This document shows positions 1 through 7,453 of a stretch of 56,581 nt of DNA, in pieces. Within the stretch, counting starts at the first letter, position 1. Each line of letters opens with the position of its first letter. The translations under genes and the position numbers were made by a program. This DNA is from an archaeon. Its GTDB lineage: Archaea; Iainarchaeota; Iainarchaeia; Iainarchaeales; GCA-2688035. The notes beneath the pieces were generated by a model, which ran no database searches, was not told the origin of the DNA, and saw nothing but the letters and a program-made list of their open reading frames with translations. Location of the stretch: the NCBI GenBank assembly GCA_041645325.1, contig JBAZQI010000003.1:1-56581 (forward strand). The letters run 5' to 3'.

Positions 1-231
1 TTAAAAACAAAAGAGGGTAGTTTTGCCTTTTGTTTAAAAGTATGGCTTGATTGGGTAATCTTCATTTGGATTCCGTTGCCTGGCAATGGTGTCTGGGCAG
101 GCGCGCTTGCGGCTTATTTGCCTGGAATGCGCTTCAGACATTTTGCAATAGCTTGCACAATAGGCGTGCTGATAGCAGTCACAATTGTGGTCCTTGTTGT
201 GCTTGGCTTCTTGAACGGCATTGCGATTTGA
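1..231 (+). CDS. Window-truncated 3' fragment of a small integral membrane protein resembling the COG2426 / small-multidrug-export family
   Basis: Frame 1 is open from base 1 to TGA at 229-231 and reads ...WLDWVIFIWIPLPGNGVWAGALAAYLPGMRFRHFAIACTIGVLIAVTIVVLVVLGFLNGIAI. It is absent from the ORF track because it has no start codon in the window. The PLPG-x-G-x-W-x-GAL motif plus a terminal TM helix matches my recollection of that family. Confidence 0.4.
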   Translation, partial: LKTKEGSFAFCLKVWLDWVIFIWIPLPGNGVWAGALAAYLPGMRFRHFAIACTIGVLIAVTIVVLVVLGFLNGIAI

Positions 232-268
232 TTTTGGCAAGGGCAAGTATGGCCTGGCGTATTGTTTT

Positions 269-481
269 TCACAGCCATTTTTGTTTTTTCTTTTTTTCCC
301 GTTCGAATTTTTGGATTTCTTTTTCCCAGTAGTGGAAGAATTCCCTGCTTTTTGCCGTTTGCTGTTTTTCTTTGTGTTCTGCTATGCGTTTGTTTAAGGA
401 ATCTACCGAAGGTAGTTTCCCAAAGCTTTTTTGCAGTGGCAAAAAAGGTTTTATTGATTTCTTGTATTTGTCTTTGCCCAT
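269..481 (-). CDS. Hypothetical small lysine-rich protein (70 aa), possibly translationally coupled to the upstream NTase gene
   Basis: Its ATG at 479-481 abuts the TAA stop (482-484) of the upstream gene. The sequence is charged and helical-looking (MGKDKYKKSIKPF...EREKKKKQKWL). It overlaps the box+hairpin repeat at 406-447, which argues against coding. Confidence 0.3.
   Translation of the reverse strand: MGKDKYKKSIKPFLPLQKSFGKLPSVDSLNKRIAEHKEKQQTAKSREFFHYWEKEIQKFEREKKKKQKWL
406..447 (+). repeat. Copy A (most diverged) of a recurring box+hairpin intergenic element
   Basis: CCGAAGGTAGTTTCCCAAAGCTT is followed by the hairpin CTTTTTTGC-AGTG-GCAAAAAAG and a T-rich tail. Compare 30814-30890 and 32044-32087. 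It could double as a terminator for the + strand gene ending at 231. Confidence 0.45.
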
Positions 482-1294
482 TTAGCCTTTCACCGTTTTT
501 TCGGTTTTGATGAATTCTTTTTTTGCTGTTTCGAACAGTTTTTCTGCGTCTGCCAGCCTTATTTTTATGCCTGTTTTTTTGTTGTCTCTTTCAGCCCTGT
601 AAACTGTTTCCAGGTCTTTTATTGTTTTTTCGCTGAAGCCATTGGCTTTGAGGCGGCTTTCCAGCTTTTGGTTTGAATACGGCTGTTTTTTTGCCAGGCT
701 TTGCGCAGCCAGCAGGCCCCTGATTCTGAGTATTAGCGAATAAATGACTGCATTTGAGTCCAGGTATTCAAGGCCCTGTTTTTTGCCTGCTTGCAGCAGC
801 TCTTGCACGTTTTTGAAAGCCCCGATGGTACTCTCCAGGAGTTGCCTGCAATCCGGTTTGCTTTGCCCTTGTTTCAGCTCTTTTAGCAGGCTTTCGTTCA
901 GGATTGGCTTGGCTTCGCTTAGCAACTGGCGCAGGAAAAGCGTTGGGTCGCTCTTCATTTCTTCAGCGAATTCCTCCCTGGTTTTGACCAGGAAGTCGAA
1001 CCGCCCTTTTTTTTCCAGGCCAATTTTTTTGTCAGCAATAACAAGCACGTCAATGTCCGAATCTTCCGTCTGCTCATTTCTCACAAAGCTTCCGAACAGG
1101 AAAACCCCTTCAATGCCGCCCAAATGCGGTTTCAGGATTTCCATTGCCCCTCCAATTATGTCCACCGGCTTTTCTTCCAAAACAACCAGCACTTTTTCGC
1201 CAATCCACTTTTTCGGGGTGTAGACAATGCTGCCGTTTCCAAAGCGCACCACCTCTTTCTCCACTGCTTCCCGGACGTTCAAAGTGCGAAACAT
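482..1294 (-). CDS. Three-part protein: N-terminal AbrB/DUF2080-like segment, minimal nucleotidyltransferase (MNT-type) domain, C-terminal helical (HEPN-like?) region
   Basis: The N-terminus VEKEVVRFGNGSIVYTPKKWIGEKVLVV resembles the archaeal DUF2080 / SpoVT-AbrB-like half-domain. GVFLFGSFVRNEQTEDSDIDVLVIADK is the G-S...D-x-D polymerase-beta-type NTase signature. It has an ATG start. Confidence 0.75.
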   Translation of the reverse strand: MFRTLNVREAVEKEVVRFGNGSIVYTPKKWIGEKVLVVLEEKPVDIIGGAMEILKPHLGGIEGVFLFGSFVRNEQTEDSDIDVLVIADKKIGLEKKGRFDFLVKTREEFAEEMKSDPTLFLRQLLSEAKPILNESLLKELKQGQSKPDCRQLLESTIGAFKNVQELLQAGKKQGLEYLDSNAVIYSLILRIRGLLAAQSLAKKQPYSNQKLESRLKANGFSEKTIKDLETVYRAERDNKKTGIKIRLADAEKLFETAKKEFIKTEKTVKG

Positions 1295-1313
1295 AGTATA
1301 TACAAGTATATAC
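1295..1313. promoter_or_regulatory. Tandem 9-nt direct repeat AGTATATAC-A-AGTATATAC abutting the NTase gene start
   Basis: Read directly from the sequence, immediately upstream (minus-strand sense) of the ATG at 1294. A TTTTTATTAA box lies further upstream. It may be an operator or promoter element. Confidence 0.25.
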
Positions 1314-1378
1314 CAAATAGTTAATAAAAAGTGGTTTTGGCCCTGCGGCTGCCGCCTGGTGCCCTTTGCCCCCTGTTT

Positions 1379-2182
1379 TTATTTCGGGAACAAGCAATCC
1401 TCGTGTTTCACAACCGCGTTGCCGATGTGCTTTTGGCAGTGGCATTCTTCCAGGGCTATTGCAGGCACTGCCTTTATGAGAAGCTGTTTTACGTTTTCAA
1501 TGTTTTTTGCGAAGACCCGGAACACGGTTTTGATGTCCACCGAGTCCCCTTTTTTCCAGCAGTCGTAGTCCGTTGCCATTGCAATGCTTTGGTAGCACAT
1601 TCCTGCTTCGCGTGCCAGAACAACTTCGGGAACAGTGCTCATGTTTATCATATCGCCGCCGATTTTCCTGAACATGTGCGATTCGGCCCTTGTGCTGAAG
1701 CGCGGGCCTTCAATGGTAACAATCGTGCCCTTTTCGTGGTGCGGCAGCCTGAGCTTTTTTGCGGTTTCAATGAGCGTTTGCCTCATCTTCGGGCAGAAAG
1801 GGTCCGCCATCGGGATATGGCACACTTCCTCTTTGTCAAAAAAGGTTGAGCTTCTTTTGCTTGTCCAGTCAATGAACTGGTCGGGAAAAACAATGTGGCC
1901 TGGCATTATTTCTTCGCGCAGCGAGCCGCAGGCTGTTGTTGCAAGCAGGTGCTTTACTCCAAGCCCTTTCAACGCCCAGATGTTTGCCCTGAAGTTGACA
2001 TTGCTGGGCATTATCTGGTGTTTTCTCCCATGCCTTGCAAGGATTGCAACAGGCATGCCCCCGATTTTTCCAACGGTTATCGGCGAGCTTGGCTTGCCGT
2101 AAGGCGTCACAATTTCCTTTTCCTCTGCGCCCTTCAGGATTTTCGGGTCATCCAAGCCGGAACCGCCGATTATTCCAATCAT
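1379..2182 (-). CDS. mtnP: S-methyl-5'-thioadenosine phosphorylase (MTAP, PNP/UDP family)
   Basis: [13 protein letters not shown]...[46 protein letters not shown]...[17 protein letters not shown] is a typical MTAP sequence. There is a 4-nt overlap with apt upstream. Confidence 0.9.
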   Translation of the reverse strand: MIGIIGGSGLDDPKILKGAEEKEIVTPYGKPSSPITVGKIGGMPVAILARHGRKHQIMPSNVNFRANIWALKGLGVKHLLATTACGSLREEIMPGHIVFPDQFIDWTSKRSSTFFDKEEVCHIPMADPFCPKMRQTLIETAKKLRLPHHEKGTIVTIEGPRFSTRAESHMFRKIGGDMINMSTVPEVVLAREAGMCYQSIAMATDYDCWKKGDSVDIKTVFRVFAKNIENVKQLLIKAVPAIALEECHCQKHIGNAVVKHEDCLFPK

Positions 2183-2721
2183 TTTTCCCCAACCTTTTCG
2201 CTGTCAAACTTCAAAAGCGTGTAAAGGTCATATCCCCTGACTTTTTGCCTGCCGTGCAAAAAAGTCAGCTCTATCAGGCAGGCAATGCCGTTTACTTTGC
2301 CGCCGAGCATTTCAACCAAATCAACGGCTGCTTTGAGCGTTCCACCTGTGGCACACAGGTCATCTGCTATCAGCACCGATTCGCCTTTTTTTATTGCATC
2401 CTTGTGCATTTCAAACCTGTCCTTCCCGTATTCCTTCTCGAACTCTTGGCTCACGGTTTCCGCAGGCAGCTTTCCCGGCTTTCGCAGCGGAACAAAGCCC
2501 GCGTGGAATTCGTATGCAAGCACGGCGCCAAGAATGAAGCCCCTGCTTTCCGCGCTCACAACCTTGTCAAAATGCAAATCCTTTTTCATGAAGTATTCCA
2601 CAAGCTCGTCAACGGCCTGCCTGAAAGCGGCAGAATCCTGAAAAAGGCTCATGACATCATAGAAAAGAATGCCTTTTTTCGGAAAATTGGGAACGGTCCT
2701 GATTTTCTTGCTCAAATCCAT
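2179..2721 (-). CDS. apt: Adenine phosphoribosyltransferase
   Basis: [17 protein letters not shown]... and the PRPP-binding loop [13 protein letters not shown] are present. The length of 180 aa is typical. Confidence 0.92.
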   Translation of the reverse strand: MDLSKKIRTVPNFPKKGILFYDVMSLFQDSAAFRQAVDELVEYFMKKDLHFDKVVSAESRGFILGAVLAYEFHAGFVPLRKPGKLPAETVSQEFEKEYGKDRFEMHKDAIKKGESVLIADDLCATGGTLKAAVDLVEMLGGKVNGIACLIELTFLHGRQKVRGYDLYTLLKFDSEKVGEK

Positions 2722-2725
2722 TCAA

Positions 2726-2923
2726 TCACTTCCTTTGCAATCTCTTCAGCTTCCACGGTGGAAGCGCAGCATCTTCTATGCCGCCGCCACCTTTCCCGTA
2801 AATGTCATTTGCGTTTTTGACATTGCCTTTTCTTTTGTCGCCGGCAGGCACGCCAATCGTTGCATGCGGCCAACCCATTTGCCTTCTTGCCCTGTCTTCC
2901 CTTCCTTTTGGCCTTCTTCTCAT
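2726..2923 (-). CDS. Hypothetical small basic protein (the first ATG gives 65 aa; the track ORF extends to a TTG at 2953)
   Basis: The stop lies 4 nt before the apt start, and a TATA-like ATTTAAAT box sits ~40 nt upstream of the ATG at 2923. There is no recognisable family (MRRRPKGREDRARRQMGWPHATIGVPAGDKRKG...). Confidence 0.25.
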   Translation of the reverse strand: MRRRPKGREDRARRQMGWPHATIGVPAGDKRKGNVKNANDIYGKGGGGIEDAALPPWKLKRLQRK

Positions 2924-2941
2924 GCAACCACTGCGGCAATC

Positions 2942-2976
2942 AAAATTATCCAAAAAAAGTAATTTAAATGGGTTGC
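2942..2976 (-). repeat. Promoter-like direct repeat, copy 1 (GCAACCCATTTAAATT + ~19 nt), downstream flank of the hicAB cassette
   Basis: The minus strand reads GCAACCCATTTAAATTACTTTTTTTGGATAAT. The first 16 nt are identical and the rest similar to 3549-3583. It contains the palindromic TATA-like ATTTAAAT. Confidence 0.5.
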
Positions 2977-3085
2977 TTGGATTGCCTGCTTATGCATTTG
3001 AATTGTGAAGGATTGGAAACAGCCACAAAGCAATTGCCGATTTGCTTTTTTGGCATAATTGAAGAAAATTCAAAATCAGTTTGTT

Positions 3086-3310
3086 CTACAGCAATTTTGC
3101 CAGTTCTTCCCTTGAGATTGCCAGGTCTTGCTTGAGTATTTTGTTCAATAGCCCTGGCGGCAATGGCTTGTTTGAATGAAATGGAATTGTCAGCTTTCTC
3201 CCGTCTGAATGTGAAAGCGTCTTATGCGAGCCCTTCTGCCGCACTTCCACAAAGCCAAGCTTAAGCGCAATTTTAATCAGGTCTTTGGGGTAAACAACCG
3301 GAAGCTTCAT
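3086..3310 (-). CDS. hicA: HicA-family mRNA interferase toxin
   Basis: LIKIALKLGFVEVRQKGSHKTLSHSDGRKLTIPFHSNKPLPPGLLNKILKQ is the YcfA/HicA fold signature (G-S-H). It is 74 aa and overlaps hicB by 4 nt. Confidence 0.85.
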   Translation of the reverse strand: MKLPVVYPKDLIKIALKLGFVEVRQKGSHKTLSHSDGRKLTIPFHSNKPLPPGLLNKILKQDLAISREELAKLL

Positions 3311-3546
3311 GAATATGCAACCGCTACTTTTACCATTCCCACTACTTTATTTTCCGCTCTCTTTTGCCCTTTTTCTTTCAAAGAACTCAAATGCAGTTCA
3401 ATTGCTTCCTTTATGCTCTTCAGCAAGCTTTCAATAGTGTCAGCGTAAGAATAGCACCCCGGCAGCGAAGGAACAGACGCATAAACCTGCCCTGTTTTGC
3501 CGTCCCTTTCAATTACAACATCAAAATCCATAAAACACTTCACCAA
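3307..3546 (-). CDS. hicB: HicB-family antitoxin (UPF0150-like). The real start is probably the ATG at 3531
   Basis: MDFDVVIERDGKTGQVYASVPSLPGCYSYADTIESLLKSIKEAIELHL matches the HicB N-terminal domain pattern. The track start at 3546 is TTG. Confidence 0.8.
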   Translation of the reverse strand: MVKCFMDFDVVIERDGKTGQVYASVPSLPGCYSYADTIESLLKSIKEAIELHLSSLKEKGQKRAENKVVGMVKVAVAYS

Positions 3547-3548
3547 GA

Positions 3549-3583
3549 GATATTATGCTGAAAAAGGAATTTAAATGGGTTGC
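3549..3583 (-). repeat. Promoter-like direct repeat, copy 2, upstream flank of the hicAB cassette
   Basis: The minus strand reads GCAACCCATTTAAATTCCTTTTTCAGCATAAT. The TATA-like box lies ~40 nt upstream of the hicB ATG (3531). Confidence 0.5.
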
Positions 3584-3621
3584 CTGTTTTAAAAATTTTG
3601 CAAAAAATCGGCAAAATTGAT

Positions 3622-4113
3622 TTAAGCGCCTTTTTTCTTGGGCCGCTTCTTTGGCTCTTTTCCCGGCCTTCTGCCTTTTTTTCCGCCAATCTTTCTTGAA
3701 AGCCTTTTGCGTGATTTAACCGCTTTTGCAGTTCCGTACCTTACAGGGCCTGTTCCGCGCGCACTAGTGTCGCCGGAACCGCTTTTCTTGCTCAAGCGCT
3801 TTAGCTGAAGCTTTTCACCCACAATTCTCTTGCCAACCTGGCCTTCCCTATAATCAACTCTTTCCGGAACCCAAATTCTGCCGCCCCATCTACTAGCTTC
3901 ATAATGTGCCGGAATTACAGTATTCATTTCTCCCAAAATTGGTTCTGTTTTTATGCCTCTGCCTTTTACAGTATACCGGCTTGCGCTTTTTGGCGTTACG
4001 CCTCTTGCCCTTCCGCCAAGAGCGTCAAAAACGCTTGGTCCCCAAGCAGCTTTTCTTGCTGCCCTTCTTTGTTTAACAGTGTTTCCGGGAAAGATTCTTT
4101 TGTATCTTCTCAT
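3622..4113 (-). CDS. Hypothetical, extremely basic protein (163 aa) with an R/K-rich, disordered-looking tail
   Basis: This is the only long ORF across the stretch. It has its own CATTTAAAC box ~25 nt upstream. There is no recognisable domain (…RIWVPERVDYREGQVGKRIVGEKLQL…KKGRRPGKEPKKRPKKKGA). Confidence 0.55.
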   Translation of the reverse strand: MRRYKRIFPGNTVKQRRAARKAAWGPSVFDALGGRARGVTPKSASRYTVKGRGIKTEPILGEMNTVIPAHYEASRWGGRIWVPERVDYREGQVGKRIVGEKLQLKRLSKKSGSGDTSARGTGPVRYGTAKAVKSRKRLSRKIGGKKGRRPGKEPKKRPKKKGA

Positions 4114-4200
4114 TTTTTCCGCCCTGAATTGTTTAAATGTATTGTAATATTCTATTTGAACTGATTAATTAATCTTCCTGCGAAGCTTGTTGCTGAGAGC

Positions 4201-4869
4201 TTATTTGAATATTTCTTCCATTACTATTTCTTTTCCCCTGGCGCCTTTGAGGATTCTTTTGGCAAAAACACGGTTGGCTTTTGCCGGATTCTCTTTCCAC
4301 ATTTCATAAAACTCTTGCACGACTTCAACAATTTCTTCTGCTGTTGGTTTTTTGCTTTTGCAGGCATAAGGCAAAGCAAGCAAGCCTGGGCCCATTTCGT
4401 CGTACATTTCCCTGAGCTTTGGAGGCAATCTCCTGTAGAATGGCCTGAAAACAGGCCTCATGCCAACAGGCTTTAATTTTCCGGCTGCAACCTGGTGCAA
4501 TTGCAATAGCTCGTCCAGATGCAATTTCCTGACCCACCTGCCGAATGCAGTATAATGCCCTGTTGGTTCCCTTCCATCTGTTTCATAATCGGCGTGAGCG
4601 CCCCTTTTCATTGTCCTGAATTTTGTGATAACAATTGCGTTTGGCTTTCCTTTTGGAAATGTTTCGCTTGTTGGTCCGCGCTTGCCGATTCTCACTTGCT
4701 TGTGCAAAATCCAGCCGTCTTTGAAAGCTGTGTTTAAGCCTTGCTGTTTTGGGCTTACATATCCTCTTGCAATTCGCCTGGCAAGGCTTTCTTTCCTGTT
4801 TTCCGGCTTTGGACCAAGCCCTTGGCGGACAGCGCGCCTCAGCCTCCTCGCAATGCTTTGCCTCGCCAT
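4201..4869 (-). CDS. Divergent small phosphoglycosyltransferase-like protein (bacterial sugar transferase / PglC-WbaP catalytic domain) lacking the N-terminal membrane helix
   Basis: VITKFRTM...AFGRWVRKLHLDELLQLHQVAAGKLKPVGMRPV parallels the family motifs KFRTM and LDELPQ-x-NVL-x-G-x-MS-x-VGPRP, and the D-E dyad is retained. The N-terminus is arginine-rich (MARQSIARRLRRAVRQ) with no hydrophobic segment. Confidence 0.7.
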   Translation of the reverse strand: MARQSIARRLRRAVRQGLGPKPENRKESLARRIARGYVSPKQQGLNTAFKDGWILHKQVRIGKRGPTSETFPKGKPNAIVITKFRTMKRGAHADYETDGREPTGHYTAFGRWVRKLHLDELLQLHQVAAGKLKPVGMRPVFRPFYRRLPPKLREMYDEMGPGLLALPYACKSKKPTAEEIVEVVQEFYEMWKENPAKANRVFAKRILKGARGKEIVMEEIFK

Positions 4870-4925
4870 TCTTCTTTACAGCCCCGGTGTTTCCCTTTTT
4901 TCAATCCACCCAACGATTTTTTTTT

Positions 4926-5669
4926 TCATTCGTGTGTGGTGAACCCTTTCCATTCTTTGATTGCCTTTTCGTACCTTTCAAATGTGTCTGTCTGGAGGAA
5001 CTGCCTTTTCTTCATTTCAACGCCGAAAAGCTTTCCTTCTTCGGCCAGCCTTGGGAACACTTCTTTTTCAATGCTGCAATTTTTCCCTCTTGGAATGCAA
5101 TCAAAAATTTTTGGGTCCAGAATGTAGGCGCCGGCGCTGATGAGCTTGAACCCTTCTTCCTCATCAGGCGGCTTTTCGCTGAACTCGGAAATGCGTTCGC
5201 CCTTGAGCTTCACCAGGCCGCCTGCCTTTGAGTACGCAACCGTTGAAAGCGCAAGCGTTGCAACCGCCCCGTTTTTTTCATGCGCCTTGTCCATTGCCGC
5301 AAAATCAATGTCCTTCAATTCATCGCCGTTCATCATAATGAACTTTTTTTCTCCCTTCAAATGCGCTTCGGCAATCTTAAGCGCGCCCGCAGTGCCCATG
5401 TATTCCTTTTCAACATTGTAATGCAGGAGCACGCCAAGCTTTTTCCCATTGCCGAATTTTTCCTCTATCTGCTCGTGCTTGAAGCCCACGGCAAAAGTAA
5501 TGTCCTGGACCCCGAATCTTTTTGCCAGTTCAATGTTCCACTGCAAACAAGGCTTTCCCTGCACAGGAAGAATAAGCTTGCTCAATTCAAGGGTAATGGG
5601 CCTTAAGCGGGTGCCAGGGCCGCCTGCAAGAATAAAAGCCTTTTTTATCCCCAAATCCCTTTCAGCCAT
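4926..5669 (-). CDS. Sugar-1-phosphate nucleotidyltransferase (mannose-1-P guanylyl / glucose-1-P thymidylyl-transferase-like)
   Basis: KAFILAGGPGTRLRPITLELSKLILPV is the G-x-G-T-R-L signature, and ...EKEYMGTAGALK is also present. The track ORF runs to 5741. I prefer the ATG at 5669 (MAERDLGIKKAF...), which is preceded by AAGGGG and an AT-rich box. Confidence 0.85.
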   Translation of the reverse strand: MAERDLGIKKAFILAGGPGTRLRPITLELSKLILPVQGKPCLQWNIELAKRFGVQDITFAVGFKHEQIEEKFGNGKKLGVLLHYNVEKEYMGTAGALKIAEAHLKGEKKFIMMNGDELKDIDFAAMDKAHEKNGAVATLALSTVAYSKAGGLVKLKGERISEFSEKPPDEEEGFKLISAGAYILDPKIFDCIPRGKNCSIEKEVFPRLAEEGKLFGVEMKKRQFLQTDTFERYEKAIKEWKGFTTHE

Positions 5670-5787
5670 AGGGACAAATAGCCCCTTAATGTAATTAAAG
5701 TTTATCTTTTTTTTATTAGGGCCATGCAATGCCTGCACCAAATGCTTTAAATTTAGTTAATGCGGTAATTGTTTCCGGTGTTTTGCA

Positions 5788-6645
5788 GTGCTTGGCTTGA
5801 GCAGCAGTTATTATGGCTTTCAGGGCAAAAAGGCCTATGATTCGGCAAAGCGCGTTTTTGATTTGGGCTTTGACGCCGTTGAATTGGGTGCGGGCCACAA
5901 TCCTGAGCCAAATGTTTGGGGTGCAATAAAGAAAATAAAGCGCGATTTTCCCGGCAAGCATTTCACCCTGCACGGCCTTTTTCCGCCGTTGAAAGAACGG
6001 CTTTGGTTCAACGCAAGCAACGGCCTTGACGCGCAGAACAAAAAAATCGTGCAAAACTTTTTCAAGGCTGCGCAGATTCTTGAAGCAAGCGTTGTTTCCA
6101 TCCATCCCGGCTTTTCGCAAAACCTTGAATGGCGCAAGGGCACAACGGAAATGTCATACCCGATTTTCAAGGGCGAAATCCAGCCGGAGAAATCATGGGC
6201 AGGCTTTCTTGAGGTTGCTGAAAAATGCGCCCTGCTTGCAAGGGAAACAGGCTGCGCTTTTGCAATAGAAAACGTTCCAAAAAACTCTTTTCCGCTTGTC
6301 TGGTCAAGAAAAGACTTTGACCGCGTCTTCGCGGACTACTCGGAAGCAATGCTGCTGCTTGACACAGGCCACGCGCTCTTCGAAGGCAGGCTGCAGGAAT
6401 TCCTTGAAGCATTTCCCGCAAAAATCGCACAGCTTCATTTGCATTTAAGCAGGCAAGGCGGCGGCGAAACTGGAACAGACGAGCATTTGCCAATAACCTC
6501 GGAACAACAGCTTGAGCCCCTCAGGGCAATAAAAAACCTGAAAAAAATCCCGATAATTTTCGAGCACGGAACAAACATAAGCGAAGAAGAAATAAAGGCG
6601 GAAAAAAAGATAACCGAAAAATTTTTGGGTTCCATTTGGGATTAG
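5788..6645 (+). CDS. Xylose-isomerase-like TIM-barrel protein (sugar phosphate isomerase/epimerase, AP_endonuc_2 superfamily)
   Basis: GFDAVELGAGH, VSIHPGF, AIENVP, LLDTGHA and LHLHLS follow the metal-ligand beta-strand-end pattern of this fold. It has a GTG start. Confidence 0.75.
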   Translation: MLGLSSSYYGFQGKKAYDSAKRVFDLGFDAVELGAGHNPEPNVWGAIKKIKRDFPGKHFTLHGLFPPLKERLWFNASNGLDAQNKKIVQNFFKAAQILEASVVSIHPGFSQNLEWRKGTTEMSYPIFKGEIQPEKSWAGFLEVAEKCALLARETGCAFAIENVPKNSFPLVWSRKDFDRVFADYSEAMLLLDTGHALFEGRLQEFLEAFPAKIAQLHLHLSRQGGGETGTDEHLPITSEQQLEPLRAIKNLKKIPIIFEHGTNISEEEIKAEKKITEKFLGSIWD

Positions 6646-6673
6646 AAAATTTTTATGCAGCCGTTTCCAGCCC

Positions 6674-7102
6674 TTATTTTTCAAGGAATTCTTTTGCCCT
6701 TATTATTTTTATTCCCCTGAATTCATGCAGGGAAAGCAGGTGACTGTCCCCCGTTATGACATATTTTGCCCTGCCTTCAAGCGCAACTTCAAGGAACTTG
6801 TTGTCCGCGGCATGTCCAGCCGCATGCACCTTTGTTTTTGCCGAAACCTGGATTGAGCGATTAAGGTACTGCCTTAGCACAAACTCGCGGCCTTTTTTTG
6901 CCGTCCTTGACATTATTTCTTCCCTGTACAGCACTTCCTTGAGTTCGCGTATTATTTCAGGGCTGGTATAATTTTCAATCCTGCCAAGAATAAGCAGTTC
7001 AAAAACCCTGGCAGGCGCGCCTTCCCTTGCAATAAGCGCTGACACTATAATATTGGTGTCCAGCACCACTGTTTTCTTACCTTGCCCTGTGAACGATTTC
7101 AT
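6674..7102 (-). CDS. vapC: PIN-domain toxin (VapC-like, PIN_3 type)
   Basis: KTVVLDTNIIVSALI...TSPEIIRELKEVL...DNKFLEVALEGRAKYVITGDSHLL contains the acidic residues of a PIN nuclease. It overlaps the upstream antitoxin gene. Confidence 0.85.
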   Translation of the reverse strand: MKSFTGQGKKTVVLDTNIIVSALIAREGAPARVFELLILGRIENYTSPEIIRELKEVLYREEIMSRTAKKGREFVLRQYLNRSIQVSAKTKVHAAGHAADNKFLEVALEGRAKYVITGDSHLLSLHEFRGIKIIRAKEFLEK

Positions 7103-7325
7103 TGGCCGTTGCCTCCGGCACCTTGCCTTTTACCCTTGCCCTGATTGCCCTGAATTCCCTTATGGCCTTTTCAGCGTCAATCTTCCGCAGTACGATTGTT
7201 TCCCTGTCAAGCGGAAAAACGGTAAAAAGCGTGTTCTCGCTGCTGCAGGTAAACTGCCTTGTTTCCTTGGGGATAATAACCTGCCCTTTGGTGGACATTT
7301 TGGTGGTTTCAACAACCTGTGCCAT
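7077..7325 (-). CDS. vapB: AbrB/SpoVT-family antitoxin (VapB-like)
   Basis: MSTKGQVIIPKETRQ is the swapped-hairpin motif. The ATG at 7325 is preceded by GGAGGTGA 7 nt upstream, so I prefer it to the track start at 7358. Confidence 0.8.
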   Translation of the reverse strand: MAQVVETTKMSTKGQVIIPKETRQFTCSSENTLFTVFPLDRETIVLRKIDAEKAIREFRAIRARVKGKVPEATANEIVHRAR

Positions 7326-7365
7326 CTGGTCACCTCCAAAAGAACAATGCGCAAACAAGTTAATA

Positions 7366-7392
7366 AGGATTTCTTACAAGTAAGAAAATCCT
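7366..7392. promoter_or_regulatory. Near-perfect palindrome AGGATTTCTTAC-AA-GTAAGAAAATCCT upstream of vapB; candidate operator
   Basis: Read from the sequence. It lies ~40-67 nt upstream of the vapB ATG on the minus strand. AbrB-type antitoxins usually autoregulate through palindromic operators. Confidence 0.4.
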
Positions 7393-7453
7393 ACTTTATG
7401 CCTTTGCTGTTCCCTTGCCTGAAAAGAGGTGTTGCTCCCGGGCTTTATAAAAT

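Noticed and set aside
34-332. Track ORFs 34-246 (-) and 51-332 (+) at the window start.
   Set aside because: Their translations are Cys/His/Arg-rich and not protein-like. Frame 1 on the + strand, open from base 1, gives a convincing membrane-protein C-terminus instead.
2035-2820. A 261-aa + strand ORF overlapping apt and the end of mtnP. There are similar long antisense ORFs at 744-1223, 20150-20857, 35451-36188, 39586-40302, 39755-40468, 46033-46833, 46908-47561 and 48537-49280.
   Set aside because: Each lies entirely antisense to a CDS with clear family motifs. Their translations are low-complexity (rich in F/S/L/C/P) with no recognisable domains. They are shadow ORFs.
5716-6120. A 134-aa minus-strand ORF spanning the divergent promoter region and the 5' part of the TIM-barrel gene. 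It is related to the N-terminal extension of the NTP-transferase ORF to 5741.
   Set aside because: It overlaps the well-supported + strand CDS. The nucleotidyltransferase fold begins right after the internal ATG at 5669, which has its own SD/AT-rich box.
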